From NCBI RefSeq assembly GCF_030384885.1, contig NZ_CP128613.1: 64,000 nt of DNA. One strand, given 5' to 3'. The notes under the pieces were generated by a model. It was given only the letters and a program-made list of their open reading frames with translations. It was not told the DNA's origin and searched no databases. Both the position numbers and the translations under genes were made by a program. Origin of the DNA: Escherichia coli. GTDB taxonomy: Bacteria; Pseudomonadota; Gammaproteobacteria; Enterobacterales; Enterobacteriaceae. This document shows positions 48,089-63,035 of the stretch, one piece after another (position 1 is the stretch's first letter; every line of letters starts with the position of its first letter).

Positions 48089-49666
48089 ATGACGGAAAAC
48101 ATTCATAAGCATCGCATCCTCATTCTGGACTTCGGTTCTCAGTACACCCAACTGGTTGCGCGCCGCGTGCGTGAACTGGGTGTTTACTGCGAACTGTGGG
48201 CGTGGGATGTGACAGAAGCACAAATTCGTGACTTCAATCCAAGCGGCATTATTCTTTCCGGCGGCCCGGAAAGCACCACCGAAGAAAACAGCCCGCGTGC
48301 GCCGCAGTATGTCTTTGAAGCAGGCGTACCGGTATTCGGCGTTTGCTATGGTATGCAGACCATGGCAATGCAGCTGGGTGGTCATGTTGAAGCCTCTAAC
48401 GAACGTGAATTTGGTTATGCGCAGGTTGAAGTCGTAAACGACAGCGCACTGGTTCGCGGTATCGAAGATGCTCTGACAGCAGACGGTAAACCTCTGCTCG
48501 ATGTCTGGATGAGCCACGGCGATAAAGTTACCGCTATCCCGTCCGACTTCATCACCGTAGCCAGCACCGAAAGCTGCCCGTTCGCCATCATGGCAAATGA
48601 AGAAAAACGCTTCTATGGCGTACAGTTCCACCCGGAAGTGACTCACACCCGCCAGGGGATGCGCATGCTGGAGCGTTTTGTGCGTGATATCTGCCAGTGT
48701 GAAGCCCTGTGGACGCCAGCGAAAATTATCGACGATGCAGTAGCCCGTATCCGTGAGCAGGTAGGCGACGATAAAGTGATCCTCGGCCTCTCTGGTGGCG
48801 TGGATTCCTCCGTGACTGCAATGCTGCTGCACCGCGCAATCGGCAAAAACCTGACTTGCGTATTCGTTGACAACGGCCTGCTGCGTCTCAACGAAGCAGA
48901 GCAGGTTCTGGATATGTTTGGCGATCACTTTGGTCTGAACATTGTTCACGTTCCGGCAGAAGATCGCTTCTTGTCAGCGCTGGCTGGTGAAAACGATCCG
49001 GAAGCAAAACGTAAAATCATCGGTCGCGTTTTCGTTGAAGTATTCGATGAAGAAGCGCTGAAACTGGAAGATGTGAAGTGGCTGGCGCAGGGTACTATCT
49101 ACCCTGATGTTATCGAATCTGCCGCGTCTGCAACCGGTAAAGCTCACGTCATCAAATCTCACCACAACGTGGGCGGCCTACCGAAAGAGATGAAGATGGG
49201 CCTGGTTGAACCGCTGAAAGAGCTGTTCAAAGACGAAGTGCGTAAAATTGGTCTGGAGCTGGGCCTGCCGTACGACATGCTGTACCGTCACCCGTTCCCG
49301 GGACCAGGGCTTGGCGTTCGTGTGCTGGGCGAAGTGAAGAAAGAGTACTGCGACCTGCTGCGCCGTGCTGATGCCATCTTCATTGAAGAACTGCGTAAAG
49401 CGGACCTGTACGACAAAGTTAGCCAGGCGTTTACCGTGTTCCTGCCGGTACGTTCTGTTGGCGTAATGGGCGATGGTCGTAAATACGACTGGGTTGTGTC
49501 TCTGCGTGCCGTCGAAACCATCGACTTTATGACCGCACACTGGGCGCATCTGCCGTACGATTTCCTTGGTCGCGTTTCCAACCGCATTATCAATGAAGTG
49601 AACGGTATTTCCCGCGTGGTGTATGACATCAGCGGCAAGCCACCGGCGACTATTGAGTGGGAATGA
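48089..49666 (+). CDS. guaA: GMP synthase (glutamine-hydrolysing)
   Basis: 525 aa; GATase catalytic Cys (GVCYGMQ) and PP-loop SGGVDSSV. Confidence 0.95.
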
Positions 49667-49691
49667 TTTGATCCCTGCACTATGAATTAGC

Positions 49692-49722
49692 AAAACCCTC
49701 TGTTACTACAGAGGGTTTTTTA
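49692..49722. terminator. Bidirectional rho-independent terminator between guaA and yfgI
   Basis: aaaaccctctgttactacagagggtttttt. Confidence 0.7.
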
Positions 49723-49759
49723 TACTCACGAATCATAGGATTGAAGTTACTGACATCGC

Positions 49760-50299
49760 TTAGTTAAACCAGCTGTCCGATTTGTTCTCTTCTGCTTTGC
49801 CCACGCTTTTCATCAGATCGCGACCGCCTTCAGTCATATTCCTGTTTGCGTCAGCTTCAGATTGCACCACATCGGTTTGCGCAGCTTTGTGCTTCAGTTC
49901 CTGATCGATAAATTCGTTTTCTCGCTTAACGCGGGCTTCTTCTTTCGCCAGCGCCAGTTTTTGTTTCTGAATCTCTAAGCTGCGTAGCTCATCTTCATAA
50001 CTTTGATCGCGTTTCTTGTCCGCAGTGGCTTCGGCGTCCAGTTTATCCTGACGAGCTTTCTTATTCGCCGCTGCCGTTGCCGCTCTTTTATTAGCCGCGG
50101 CCTGGGCGTTTGCGCGACGTTGCTTCTCTTGCTGGATTTCCCTGTTGCGCTCCGCGACCCATTCGTCATGCTGCCTTTGCTCTTCATTTTTACCTTGCTG
50201 TTCCGCTTCTGCGACAGCAGAGAGTTGATCCTGCAATGATGAGGCGATAGCCGGATAGCTTAAGGAGGCTAAGATGGCGCAAAGAAAAACTTTCTTCAT
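49760..50299 (-). CDS. yfgI: Secreted/periplasmic coiled-coil protein YfgI
   Basis: 179 aa; signal peptide then K/E/A/Q-rich coiled coil. Confidence 0.8.
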   Translation of the reverse strand: MKKVFLCAILASLSYPAIASSLQDQLSAVAEAEQQGKNEEQRQHDEWVAERNREIQQEKQRRANAQAAANKRAATAAANKKARQDKLDAEATADKKRDQSYEDELRSLEIQKQKLALAKEEARVKRENEFIDQELKHKAAQTDVVQSEADANRNMTEGGRDLMKSVGKAEENKSDSWFN

Positions 50300-50314
50300 G
50301 ACTCCTCCTGATTA

Positions 50315-50833
50315 TTAGCTCTTTTCAGGACATTTGGTATTTGGCTGAATACGCGTTTCGTTATACGTCGTGGTAATAACAACGGCTAAACCTGTCGTAA
50401 ACTGGCACTCTTTACCCACCTGGGTGGAGGTATACACTTTGGTGCCTTCCTTATACGTTAGAGAAACACCTTCCACTAAGGTTTTATCATTCACCATAGA
50501 ACCTGCTGCCGCGCCAACAGCTCCGCCGCCAACTGCACCTGCCGTCGTTCCGGAATTGCTGCCAGACCCCACGTTGTGGCCGATAACACCGCCAGCGACT
50601 GCACCAATAAGCGCGCCGAAGGCTTGTGCGTTTCGTTTATTTTGGGAGTTGTCTACGGCAACTTTTGCGGGAAGAATGGAAATAATATTAACGGTTTTAG
50701 TTTCTTGTTTGGTATTCAGTTGATCGGTTTGATAAACATCGGCGGCATGATCATCAGCATTTGACTGGCATCCTGCCAGAGTGAATGACGCTAACATTGC
50801 CACAGGCAGAAGACATTTTTTAAATTTCATCAC
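50315..50833 (-). CDS. yfgH: Outer-membrane lipoprotein with glycine-zipper domain YfgH
   Basis: 172 aa; lipobox LAGC; glycine-rich GxxxG repeats. Confidence 0.8.
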   Translation of the reverse strand: MMKFKKCLLPVAMLASFTLAGCQSNADDHAADVYQTDQLNTKQETKTVNIISILPAKVAVDNSQNKRNAQAFGALIGAVAGGVIGHNVGSGSNSGTTAGAVGGGAVGAAAGSMVNDKTLVEGVSLTYKEGTKVYTSTQVGKECQFTTGLAVVITTTYNETRIQPNTKCPEKS

Positions 50834-51143
50834 TATTCCTTGTTATACACATTACGAAAAATAAGATATTTAAGATCATCAAAAGAGGAAAGTAAATGTA
50901 TTGCGTATAAAGGAATAGATTAAATTTATTAAAATTCATGTGGAAAATAATTTATAAAAATACATCATTAAAACATATGTATTAATTTTATATTTATTTC
51001 GCAGCCAAACAGGATCAACATCAGTCAGGACAAAGACGTAAAATTTAAGATGAAAGAATATCTGCCGCTTTGATAATCCCAAAGAGCAAAAGCATCCGAC
51101 AGCGAGGTGCCGTTATGTTCAGTGAAGGTGGAGAAGGTAACCG

Positions 51144-51335
51144 CTAACGTTGTACCGGTGATTCGACGGAGAGTGTGGATTGCTGAGCTTCTTTTTTGCT
51201 CTGATGGTGCTGCCATGCACCGACGGACGAGTAGATAAAGCGGCCAAAGAAGAAGATAAAGCTGATGAGCAGTACGATACGGGTCATGCGACTGTTAAAT
51301 CGGTGTCGTTTTCGCATACTGGTTGCCTGACTCAC
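51144..51335 (-). CDS. yfgG: Small membrane protein YfgG
   Basis: 63 aa ORF with one TM segment inside an AT-rich spacer. Confidence 0.6.
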   Translation of the reverse strand: MSQATSMRKRHRFNSRMTRIVLLISFIFFFGRFIYSSVGAWQHHQSKKEAQQSTLSVESPVQR

Positions 51336-51545
51336 AAAAGGTTCCTTGAAGTATGTCCCACGCCGTGGACGGTACTTACATTAAGGCACAACAGGACAAA
51401 ATGGTCAATTCTTCGTTATGTAAAAAAGCGTCAGTGGATACATATTTTAATGTTATGGAAGTTAATTTAATTATTTACAATGATGATGTAATAATGATGA
51501 ATTAACATGATAAACGTAATAATTCATTAATCAGGGTTATTTTGT

Positions 51546-51559
51546 TTGATATATATCAA
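51546..51559. promoter_or_regulatory. FNR/CRP-family palindrome TTGAT-N4-ATCAA upstream of pdeF
   Basis: ttgatatatatcaa is a perfect FNR consensus, centred about 134 bp upstream of pdeF ATG; pdeF(yfgF) is reported as anaerobically induced. Confidence 0.5.
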
Positions 51560-51686
51560 TTGGAACTTTCATATGACACTTAGAATCAATGCTCTCTATA
51601 GTGATGAATAATCATCATTCGAAGTCAGGTGGGATGCCTGTCTGAATACACCTCCTTCAGGATGTGGGGGATTCTGCTGAGCATCT

Positions 51687-53930
51687 ATGAAACTGAATGC
51701 AACCTATATAAAAATACGTGATAAATGGTGGGGGCTTCCGCTGTTCCTGCCTTCTTTAATCTTGCCCATTTTCGCCCATATTAATACTTTCGCGCATATT
51801 TCTTCCGGTGAGGTTTTTCTCTTTTACCTGCCTCTGGCACTGATGATCAGCATGATGATGTTTTTCAGCTGGGCGGCATTGCCAGGGATCGCCTTAGGGA
51901 TTTTTGTCCGCAAATATTCAGAGCTGGGTTTTTACGAAACGCTCTCATTAACAGCTAATTTTATTATCATTATCATTCTCTGTTGGGGCGGTTACAGGGT
52001 CTTTACTCCCCGGCGTAACAACGTTTCACATGGTGATACCCGTTTAATTGCCCAGCGTATATTCTGGCAGATTGTATTTCCTGCAACGCTGTTTCTGATA
52101 CTTTTCCAATTTGCTGCGTTTGTTGGATTACTGGCGAGCAGAGAAAATCTGGTCGGCGTCATGCCCTTTAACCTCGGGACCTTAATCAATTATCAGGCCT
52201 TACTGGTGGGCAATCTGATTGGTGTTCCGCTGTGCTACTTCATCATTCGGGTGGTGCGAAATCCGTTTTATTTACGCAGCTATTATTCGCAATTAAAACA
52301 GCAAGTTGATGTGAAAGTCACCAAAAAAGAGTTCGCGCTCTGGCTACTGGCATTAGGTGCGTTGTTGTTGCTGTTATGCATGCCGTTAAATGAAAAAAGC
52401 ACGATTTTCAGCACCAATTATACCTTGTCATTATTGCTACCCCTGATGATGTGGGGAGCCATGCGCTATGGTTATAAGTTGATTTCGCTGCTCTGGGCGG
52501 TCGTGCTGATGATCAGCATCCACAGCTATCAAAATTACATTCCCATTTATCCTGGCTATACCACGCAACTGACCATAACCTCCTCCAGTTATCTGGTATT
52601 CTCTTTTATTGTCAATTATATGGCTGTACTGGCAACCCGTCAGCGAGCGGTAGTCAGACGCATTCAGCGGCTTGCGTATGTGGACCCGGTGGTTCATCTG
52701 CCAAATGTTCGCGCCCTGAATCGCGCGTTGCGTGATGCCCCCTGGTCTGCGCTTTGTTATTTACGCATCCCCGGCATGGAAATGCTGGTTAAGAACTATG
52801 GCATCATGCTACGGATTCAATACAAGCAAAAACTTTCTCACTGGCTGTCACCATTGCTGGAACCGGGTGAAGATGTTTATCAGCTTTCGGGTAACGATCT
52901 CGCGCTGCGACTGAATACAGAATCGCACCAGGAGCGCATTACCGCACTGGATAGCCATCTCAAGCAATTTCGTTTCTTTTGGGATGGAATGCCGATGCAA
53001 CCGCAGATTGGCGTCAGTTACTGCTATGTACGCTCGCCGGTGAATCATATCTACCTGCTGCTGGGAGAGCTAAATACGGTTGCTGAACTCTCCATCGTGA
53101 CCAACGCTCCAGAAAATATGCAGCGCCGCGGGGCTATGTATTTACAACGTGAATTGAAAGATAAAGTCGCGATGATGAATCGGCTACAGCAGGCATTGGA
53201 GCATAACCATTTTTTCCTGATGGCCCAGCCGATTACCGGTATGCGTGGTGATGTCTACCATGAAATTCTTCTGCGCATGAAAGGTGATAATGATGAACTG
53301 ATCAGCCCCGACAGCTTCTTGCCGGTCGCGCATGAATTTGGTTTATCGTCCAGTATCGACATGTGGGTCATTGAGCATACGCTGCAATTTATGGCTGAAA
53401 ACAGAGCGAAGATGCCCGCTCACCGTTTTGCGATTAATCTGTCGCCAACCTCGGTATGTCAGGCTCGTTTTCCCGTTGAAGTCAGTCAGCTGCTGGCTAA
53501 ATACCAGATTGAAGCGTGGCAACTTATTTTTGAAGTCACCGAAAGTAATGCGCTGACCAATGTTAAGCAGGCGCAAATCACCTTGCAGCATCTTCAGGAA
53601 TTAGGCTGCCAGATTGCGATTGATGATTTCGGCACCGGCTACGCCAGCTATGCGCGGCTTAAAAATGTGAATGCCGATCTCCTTAAAATTGACGGCAGTT
53701 TTATCCGCAATATTGTGTCAAATAGTCTGGATTACCAGATAGTGGCGTCGATTTGTCACCTCGCGCGAATGAAGAAAATGCTGGTAGTGGCAGAGTACGT
53801 TGAAAACGAAGAGATCCGCGAGGCGGTGCTTTCTTTAGGGATAGATTATATGCAGGGTTATCTTATTGGTAAGCCGCAACCGTTAATTGATACGCTGAAT
53901 GAAATCGAACCCATTCGCGAAAGTGCCTGA
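51687..53930 (+). CDS. pdeF: Cyclic-di-GMP phosphodiesterase PdeF (membrane MASE domain, degenerate GGDEF, EAL)
   Basis: 747 aa; multi-TM N-terminus, C-terminal EAL domain motifs (EVTE, DDFGTGYAS). Confidence 0.9.
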   Translation: MKLNATYIKIRDKWWGLPLFLPSLILPIFAHINTFAHISSGEVFLFYLPLALMISMMMFFSWAALPGIALGIFVRKYSELGFYETLSLTANFIIIIILCWGGYRVFTPRRNNVSHGDTRLIAQRIFWQIVFPATLFLILFQFAAFVGLLASRENLVGVMPFNLGTLINYQALLVGNLIGVPLCYFIIRVVRNPFYLRSYYSQLKQQVDVKVTKKEFALWLLALGALLLLLCMPLNEKSTIFSTNYTLSLLLPLMMWGAMRYGYKLISLLWAVVLMISIHSYQNYIPIYPGYTTQLTITSSSYLVFSFIVNYMAVLATRQRAVVRRIQRLAYVDPVVHLPNVRALNRALRDAPWSALCYLRIPGMEMLVKNYGIMLRIQYKQKLSHWLSPLLEPGEDVYQLSGNDLALRLNTESHQERITALDSHLKQFRFFWDGMPMQPQIGVSYCYVRSPVNHIYLLLGELNTVAELSIVTNAPENMQRRGAMYLQRELKDKVAMMNRLQQALEHNHFFLMAQPITGMRGDVYHEILLRMKGDNDELISPDSFLPVAHEFGLSSSIDMWVIEHTLQFMAENRAKMPAHRFAINLSPTSVCQARFPVEVSQLLAKYQIEAWQLIFEVTESNALTNVKQAQITLQHLQELGCQIAIDDFGTGYASYARLKNVNADLLKIDGSFIRNIVSNSLDYQIVASICHLARMKKMLVVAEYVENEEIREAVLSLGIDYMQGYLIGKPQPLIDTLNEIEPIRESA

Positions 53931-53968
53931 ACAGCGAGGGCCGACATTTCTCGTCGGCCCGCAAAGCA

Positions 53969-57581
<3,613 letters not shown>

Positions 57582-57752
57582 TACCACTTTTACTCCGTTT
57601 TATTCACGGGACACTGCCTGGATATTATGGCGAGCAATATTGGCAGATGTCCAACTATGCCAGAAAAGGGGGAAAAAAACTGCTGGAGCTTGCGATTTAC
57701 AGGTGAATTGAAAAACGCCAGCGGCAGAGCTGGCGCTTTAACTACGGGGGCA

Positions 57753-58390
57753 TTACTCGTCGGCAGCGTAGCCCTGCGGCGGCAGACGTTGACCATCCAG
57801 CCACGCGGCGTTTTCGTGCATTTTCAGACGACCATCGGCAAACCAGCTAATTACCAGTGGATAAATAGCGTGTTCCTGGGTTTGCACGCGGGCGGTGATG
57901 TCATCCTCCGTATCACCAGCAAATACCGGGACTTTCGCCTGTAAAATAACCGGGCCACCGTCCAGTTCATCGGTGACGAAATGCACCGATGTACCGTGCT
58001 CTTCATCGCCATTTTCCAGCGCCTGACGATGGGTGTGTAATCCGGGATATTTCGGCAGCAGAGAAGGGTGAATGTTCAGCAAACGCCCGGCATAGTGGGA
58101 GACAAACGCCGGGCTGAGAATGCGCATAAAACCCGCCAGCACGACCACATCGGGTGCGTACATGTCGATTTCATGAATCAACTCCCGGTCATAGGCTTCA
58201 CGACTGTCAAACGCGCTGGCGATGAGCGTATGCGTTGCAATACCCGCCTGGCGGGCGCGTTCAAGGCCGAACGCGTCGGCCTTATTGCTGAAAACTGCCC
58301 GTACGGTGCCTTTAATTTTATTGGTTTTGCAGGCGTCAATAATTGCCTGCAAATTACTTCCGTTGCCGGAAATAAGCACCACAATATTCA

Positions 58391-58391
<1 letters not shown>
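57753..58391 (-). CDS. purN: Phosphoribosylglycinamide formyltransferase
   Basis: 212 aa; MNIVVLISGNGSNLQAII N-terminus. Confidence 0.95.
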
Positions 58392-59446
<1,055 letters not shown>

Positions 59447-59488
59447 TTACTTGCGGTAGAAAAATAAAATTCGGCGCAATTCTAACAG

Positions 59489-59508
59489 GGAAAGCAAACG
59501 TTTGCGAG
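59489..59508. promoter_or_regulatory. PurR operator (pur box) upstream of purMN
   Basis: aaagcaaacgtttgcgag contains the palindromic GCAAACGTTTGC core of the PurR consensus. Confidence 0.55.
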
Positions 59509-59704
59509 ACTGCTTTACACAACCTTTTTGTACGTCTTTTCCCCAGGCGCGCGGCAAAAGAATACTTGTACCAGGGCAAAGGATCGTTTTCGGATGGAAT
59601 AATCTTCTTCCATAACCATTTGAATATAAAATAACTTTATCTCAAACCGTTATCATTTTGACTAAAGTCAACGAAAATAATATTGCCGCCTTGAAGAAAG
59701 GAGG

Positions 59705-59726
59705 TATAATCCGTCGATTTTTTTTG
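59705..59726 (+). promoter_or_regulatory. upp promoter -10 (TATAAT) with T8 reiterative-transcription tract in the initially transcribed region
   Basis: tataatccgtcGATTTTTTTTG 27 bp upstream of upp ATG; UTP-sensitive start-site selection is described for upp. Confidence 0.6.
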
Positions 59727-59752
59727 TGGCTGCCCCTCAAAGGAGAAAGAGT

Positions 59753-60379
59753 ATGAAGATCGTGGAAGTCAAACACCCACTCGTCAAACACAAGCTGGGA
59801 CTGATGCGTGAGCAAGATATCAGCACCAAGCGCTTTCGCGAACTCGCTTCCGAAGTGGGTAGCCTGCTGACTTACGAAGCGACCGCCGACCTCGAAACGG
59901 AAAAAGTAACTATCGAAGGCTGGAACGGCCCGGTAGAAATCGACCAGATCAAAGGTAAGAAAATTACCGTGGTGCCAATTTTACGTGCCGGTCTGGGGAT
60001 GATGGACGGTGTGCTGGAAAACGTTCCGAGCGCGCGCATCAGCGTCGTCGGTATGTACCGTAATGAAGAAACGCTGGAGCCGGTACCGTACTTCCAGAAA
60101 CTGGTTTCTAACATTGATGAGCGTATGGCGCTGATCGTTGACCCAATGCTGGCAACCGGTGGTTCCGTTATCGCGACCATCGACCTGCTGAAAAAAGCGG
60201 GCTGCAGCAGCATCAAAGTTCTGGTGCTGGTAGCTGCGCCAGAAGGTATCGCAGCGCTGGAAAAAGCGCACCCGGACGTCGAACTGTATACTGCATCGAT
60301 TGACCAGGGACTGAACGAGCACGGATACATTATTCCGGGCCTCGGCGATGCCGGTGACAAAATCTTTGGTACGAAATAA
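59753..60379 (+). CDS. upp: Uracil phosphoribosyltransferase
   Basis: 208 aa from ATG 59753 ([14 protein letters not shown]...), AGGAGA RBS. Confidence 0.95.
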
Positions 60380-60394
60380 AGAATAAAAAAAATT

Positions 60395-60425
60395 AAAGCC
60401 GACTTTAAGAGTCGGCTTTTTTTTG
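60395..60425 (+). terminator. Hairpin + T-run between upp and uraA (terminator/attenuator)
   Basis: aaagccgactttaagagtcggcttttttttg. Confidence 0.65.
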
Positions 60426-60464
60426 AGTAAAGCGCCTATAACACATAATACAGAGGATAATACT

Positions 60465-61754
60465 ATGACGCGCCGTGCTATCGGGGTGAGTGAAAGACCG
60501 CCACTTTTACAGACAATCCCGCTTAGTTTGCAACATTTGTTCGCCATGTTTGGTGCAACCGTCCTGGTGCCCGTCTTATTTCATATTAACCCGGCGACTG
60601 TACTGTTATTTAACGGTATAGGAACGCTGCTGTATCTCTTCATCTGTAAAGGGAAAATCCCGGCTTATCTTGGTTCCAGCTTTGCCTTTATTTCACCGGT
60701 ATTGTTACTGTTGCCGTTAGGGTATGAAGTCGCGCTGGGCGGCTTTATTATGTGCGGCGTGCTGTTCTGCCTGGTTTCTTTTATCGTGAAGAAAGCGGGG
60801 ACTGGCTGGCTGGACGTGCTGTTTCCGCCAGCGGCAATGGGCGCAATCGTTGCCGTCATCGGTCTGGAACTGGCGGGCGTAGCTGCCGGTATGGCGGGGT
60901 TACTCCCGGCTGAAGGGCAAACTCCAGACTCCAAAACCATCATCATCTCTATTACCACCCTGGCAGTCACGGTTTTAGGTTCCGTGCTGTTTCGTGGTTT
61001 CCTGGCAATTATCCCAATTTTAATTGGTGTGCTGGTAGGGTATGCGCTCTCTTTCGCAATGGGGATTGTCGATACCACCCCGATTATTAACGCCCACTGG
61101 TTTGCGCTGCCAACTCTCTATACGCCGCGCTTCGAGTGGTTTGCCATTCTGACTATTCTGCCAGCGGCGCTGGTGGTCATTGCCGAGCACGTAGGGCATC
61201 TGGTAGTAACGGCTAATATCGTCAAAAAAGATCTGCTACGCGATCCGGGTCTGCACCGTTCGATGTTCGCTAACGGCTTGTCGACTGTGATCTCCGGCTT
61301 CTTTGGCTCCACGCCAAACACCACCTACGGGGAAAACATTGGCGTTATGGCGATCACCCGCGTTTACAGTACCTGGGTTATCGGTGGGGCGGCGATTTTC
61401 GCTATCCTGCTTTCCTGTGTCGGTAAATTGGCTGCCGCTATCCAGATGATCCCGCTGCCGGTGATGGGCGGCGTTTCGTTGCTGCTTTATGGTGTTATCG
61501 GTGCTTCCGGTATTCGTGTTTTGATCGAATCGAAAGTGGATTACAACAAAGCACAGAACCTGATCCTGACTTCCGTGATTTTGATCATCGGTGTCAGTGG
61601 CGCGAAGGTAAACATCGGCGCGGCGGAGCTGAAAGGTATGGCGCTGGCGACCATCGTCGGTATCGGCTTAAGTTTGATCTTCAAACTGATTAGTGTGCTG
61701 CGCCCTGAAGAAGTGGTGCTGGACGCAGAAGACGCGGATATAACAGACAAATAA
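60465..61754 (+). CDS. uraA: Uracil:H+ symporter
   Basis: 429 aa from ATG 60465 ([16 protein letters not shown]...); NCS2 family. Confidence 0.95.
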   Translation: MTRRAIGVSERPPLLQTIPLSLQHLFAMFGATVLVPVLFHINPATVLLFNGIGTLLYLFICKGKIPAYLGSSFAFISPVLLLLPLGYEVALGGFIMCGVLFCLVSFIVKKAGTGWLDVLFPPAAMGAIVAVIGLELAGVAAGMAGLLPAEGQTPDSKTIIISITTLAVTVLGSVLFRGFLAIIPILIGVLVGYALSFAMGIVDTTPIINAHWFALPTLYTPRFEWFAILTILPAALVVIAEHVGHLVVTANIVKKDLLRDPGLHRSMFANGLSTVISGFFGSTPNTTYGENIGVMAITRVYSTWVIGGAAIFAILLSCVGKLAAAIQMIPLPVMGGVSLLLYGVIGASGIRVLIESKVDYNKAQNLILTSVILIIGVSGAKVNIGAAELKGMALATIVGIGLSLIFKLISVLRPEEVVLDAEDADITDK

Positions 61755-61848
61755 TGTACCGACCGGGCAGTGTTGCTGCCCGGTTCAAACATCATGGGAT
61801 TCTGTGGTAAACTTCTCGCGATTTTGTGAAATCCTGGTTGAGGTATCT

Positions 61849-62550
61849 CTGAACACACCGGCACAGCTCTCTTTGCCACTTTATCTTCCTGACGACGAAA
61901 CCTTTGCAAGTTTCTGGCCGGGGGATAACTCCTCTTTACTGGCCGCGCTGCAAAACGTGCTGCGTCAGGAACATAGCGGTTACATCTATCTCTGGGCACG
62001 CGAAGGCGCGGGGCGCAGCCATCTGCTGCACGCGGCTTGCGCGGAATTGTCGCAGCGTGGCGATGCGGTGGGCTATGTCCCGCTGGATAAACGCACCTGG
62101 TTTGTTCCGGAAGTGCTCGACGGTATGGAGCATTTGTCGCTGGTCTGTATCGACAACATTGAGTGTATTGCAGGCGATGAGTTGTGGGAGATGGCGATTT
62201 TCGATCTCTACAATCGAATTCTGGAATCGGGTAAAACACGGTTGTTGATCACCGGCGATCGTCCACCGCGGCAGTTGAATCTGGGATTACCGGATCTCGC
62301 GTCGCGTCTCGACTGGGGGCAGATCTACAAATTGCAGCCACTTTCTGATGAAGATAAGTTGCAGGCGCTACAGTTACGCGCGCGTTTGCGTGGTTTTGAA
62401 CTGCCGGAAGATGTGGGGCGTTTCTTGCTGAAGCGGCTCGACAGAGAAATGCGCACGTTATTTATGACGTTGGATCAGTTGGATCGTGCGTCGATTACCG
62501 CGCAACGTAAGCTGACCATTCCGTTTGTGAAAGAGATTCTGAAACTGTAG
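61849..62550 (+). CDS. hda: DnaA-inactivating AAA+ protein Hda (non-AUG CUG start)
   Basis: Track ORF 61804..62550 (248 aa); the recalled mature Hda N-terminus ([21 protein letters not shown]) begins at CTG 61849. Confidence 0.8.
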
Positions 62551-62563
62551 ACAAGACGTTTAT

Positions 62564-62626
62564 TGTCGGATGCGCACCCATAGTATTCGTCGGCCGGATA
62601 AGACGCGGCAAGCGTCGCATCCGGCA
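62564..62626. repeat. REP elements between hda and yfgD
   Basis: tgtcggatgcgcacc and gccggataagacgcggcaagcgtcgcatccggca. Confidence 0.6.
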
Positions 62627-62655
62627 ATGTGCTTCAACTAGCGATGGAGCACTTC

Positions 62656-63015
62656 TTAACCCACGATTTCCAGCACCTGCTCCGGTGGACGACCAATTCG
62701 CGCTTTGCCATTCGCGACCACAATCGGGCGCTCCATTAGCTTCGGATTATCCACCATTGCCTGAATCAGCGCCTCTTCGCTAAGCGAACTGTCAGCCAGG
62801 TTCAGTTCTTTATAAAGATCCTCTTTCTGGCGCATCAATTCACGAGCGCTATTCATTCCCAGCATTTTCAGCAAATCGCGCAGCGTTGCCGCATCGGCGG
62901 GTGTCTCAAGGTAGAGCACCACTTCTGGCTCCACGCCGTTTTCTTTCAGCAGGTTCAGCGTTTCCCGGCTCTTTGAACAGCGTGGGTTATGGTAGATTTT
63001 TACCTGTTTGGTCAT
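62656..63015 (-). CDS. yfgD: ArsC/Spx-family protein (arsenate-reductase-like)
   Basis: 119 aa; N-terminal Cys (IYHNPRCSKSRE) typical of ArsC family. Confidence 0.8.
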   Translation of the reverse strand: MTKQVKIYHNPRCSKSRETLNLLKENGVEPEVVLYLETPADAATLRDLLKMLGMNSARELMRQKEDLYKELNLADSSLSEEALIQAMVDNPKLMERPIVVANGKARIGRPPEQVLEIVG

Positions 63016-63035
63016 GGTTCTTCCTTTAATGCGAA

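Noticed and set aside
53931-53968. Hairpin gggccgacatttctcgtcggccc between pdeF and ppx as a bidirectional terminator
   Set aside because: Stem is clear but no T-run on either strand; left unannotated as too uncertain
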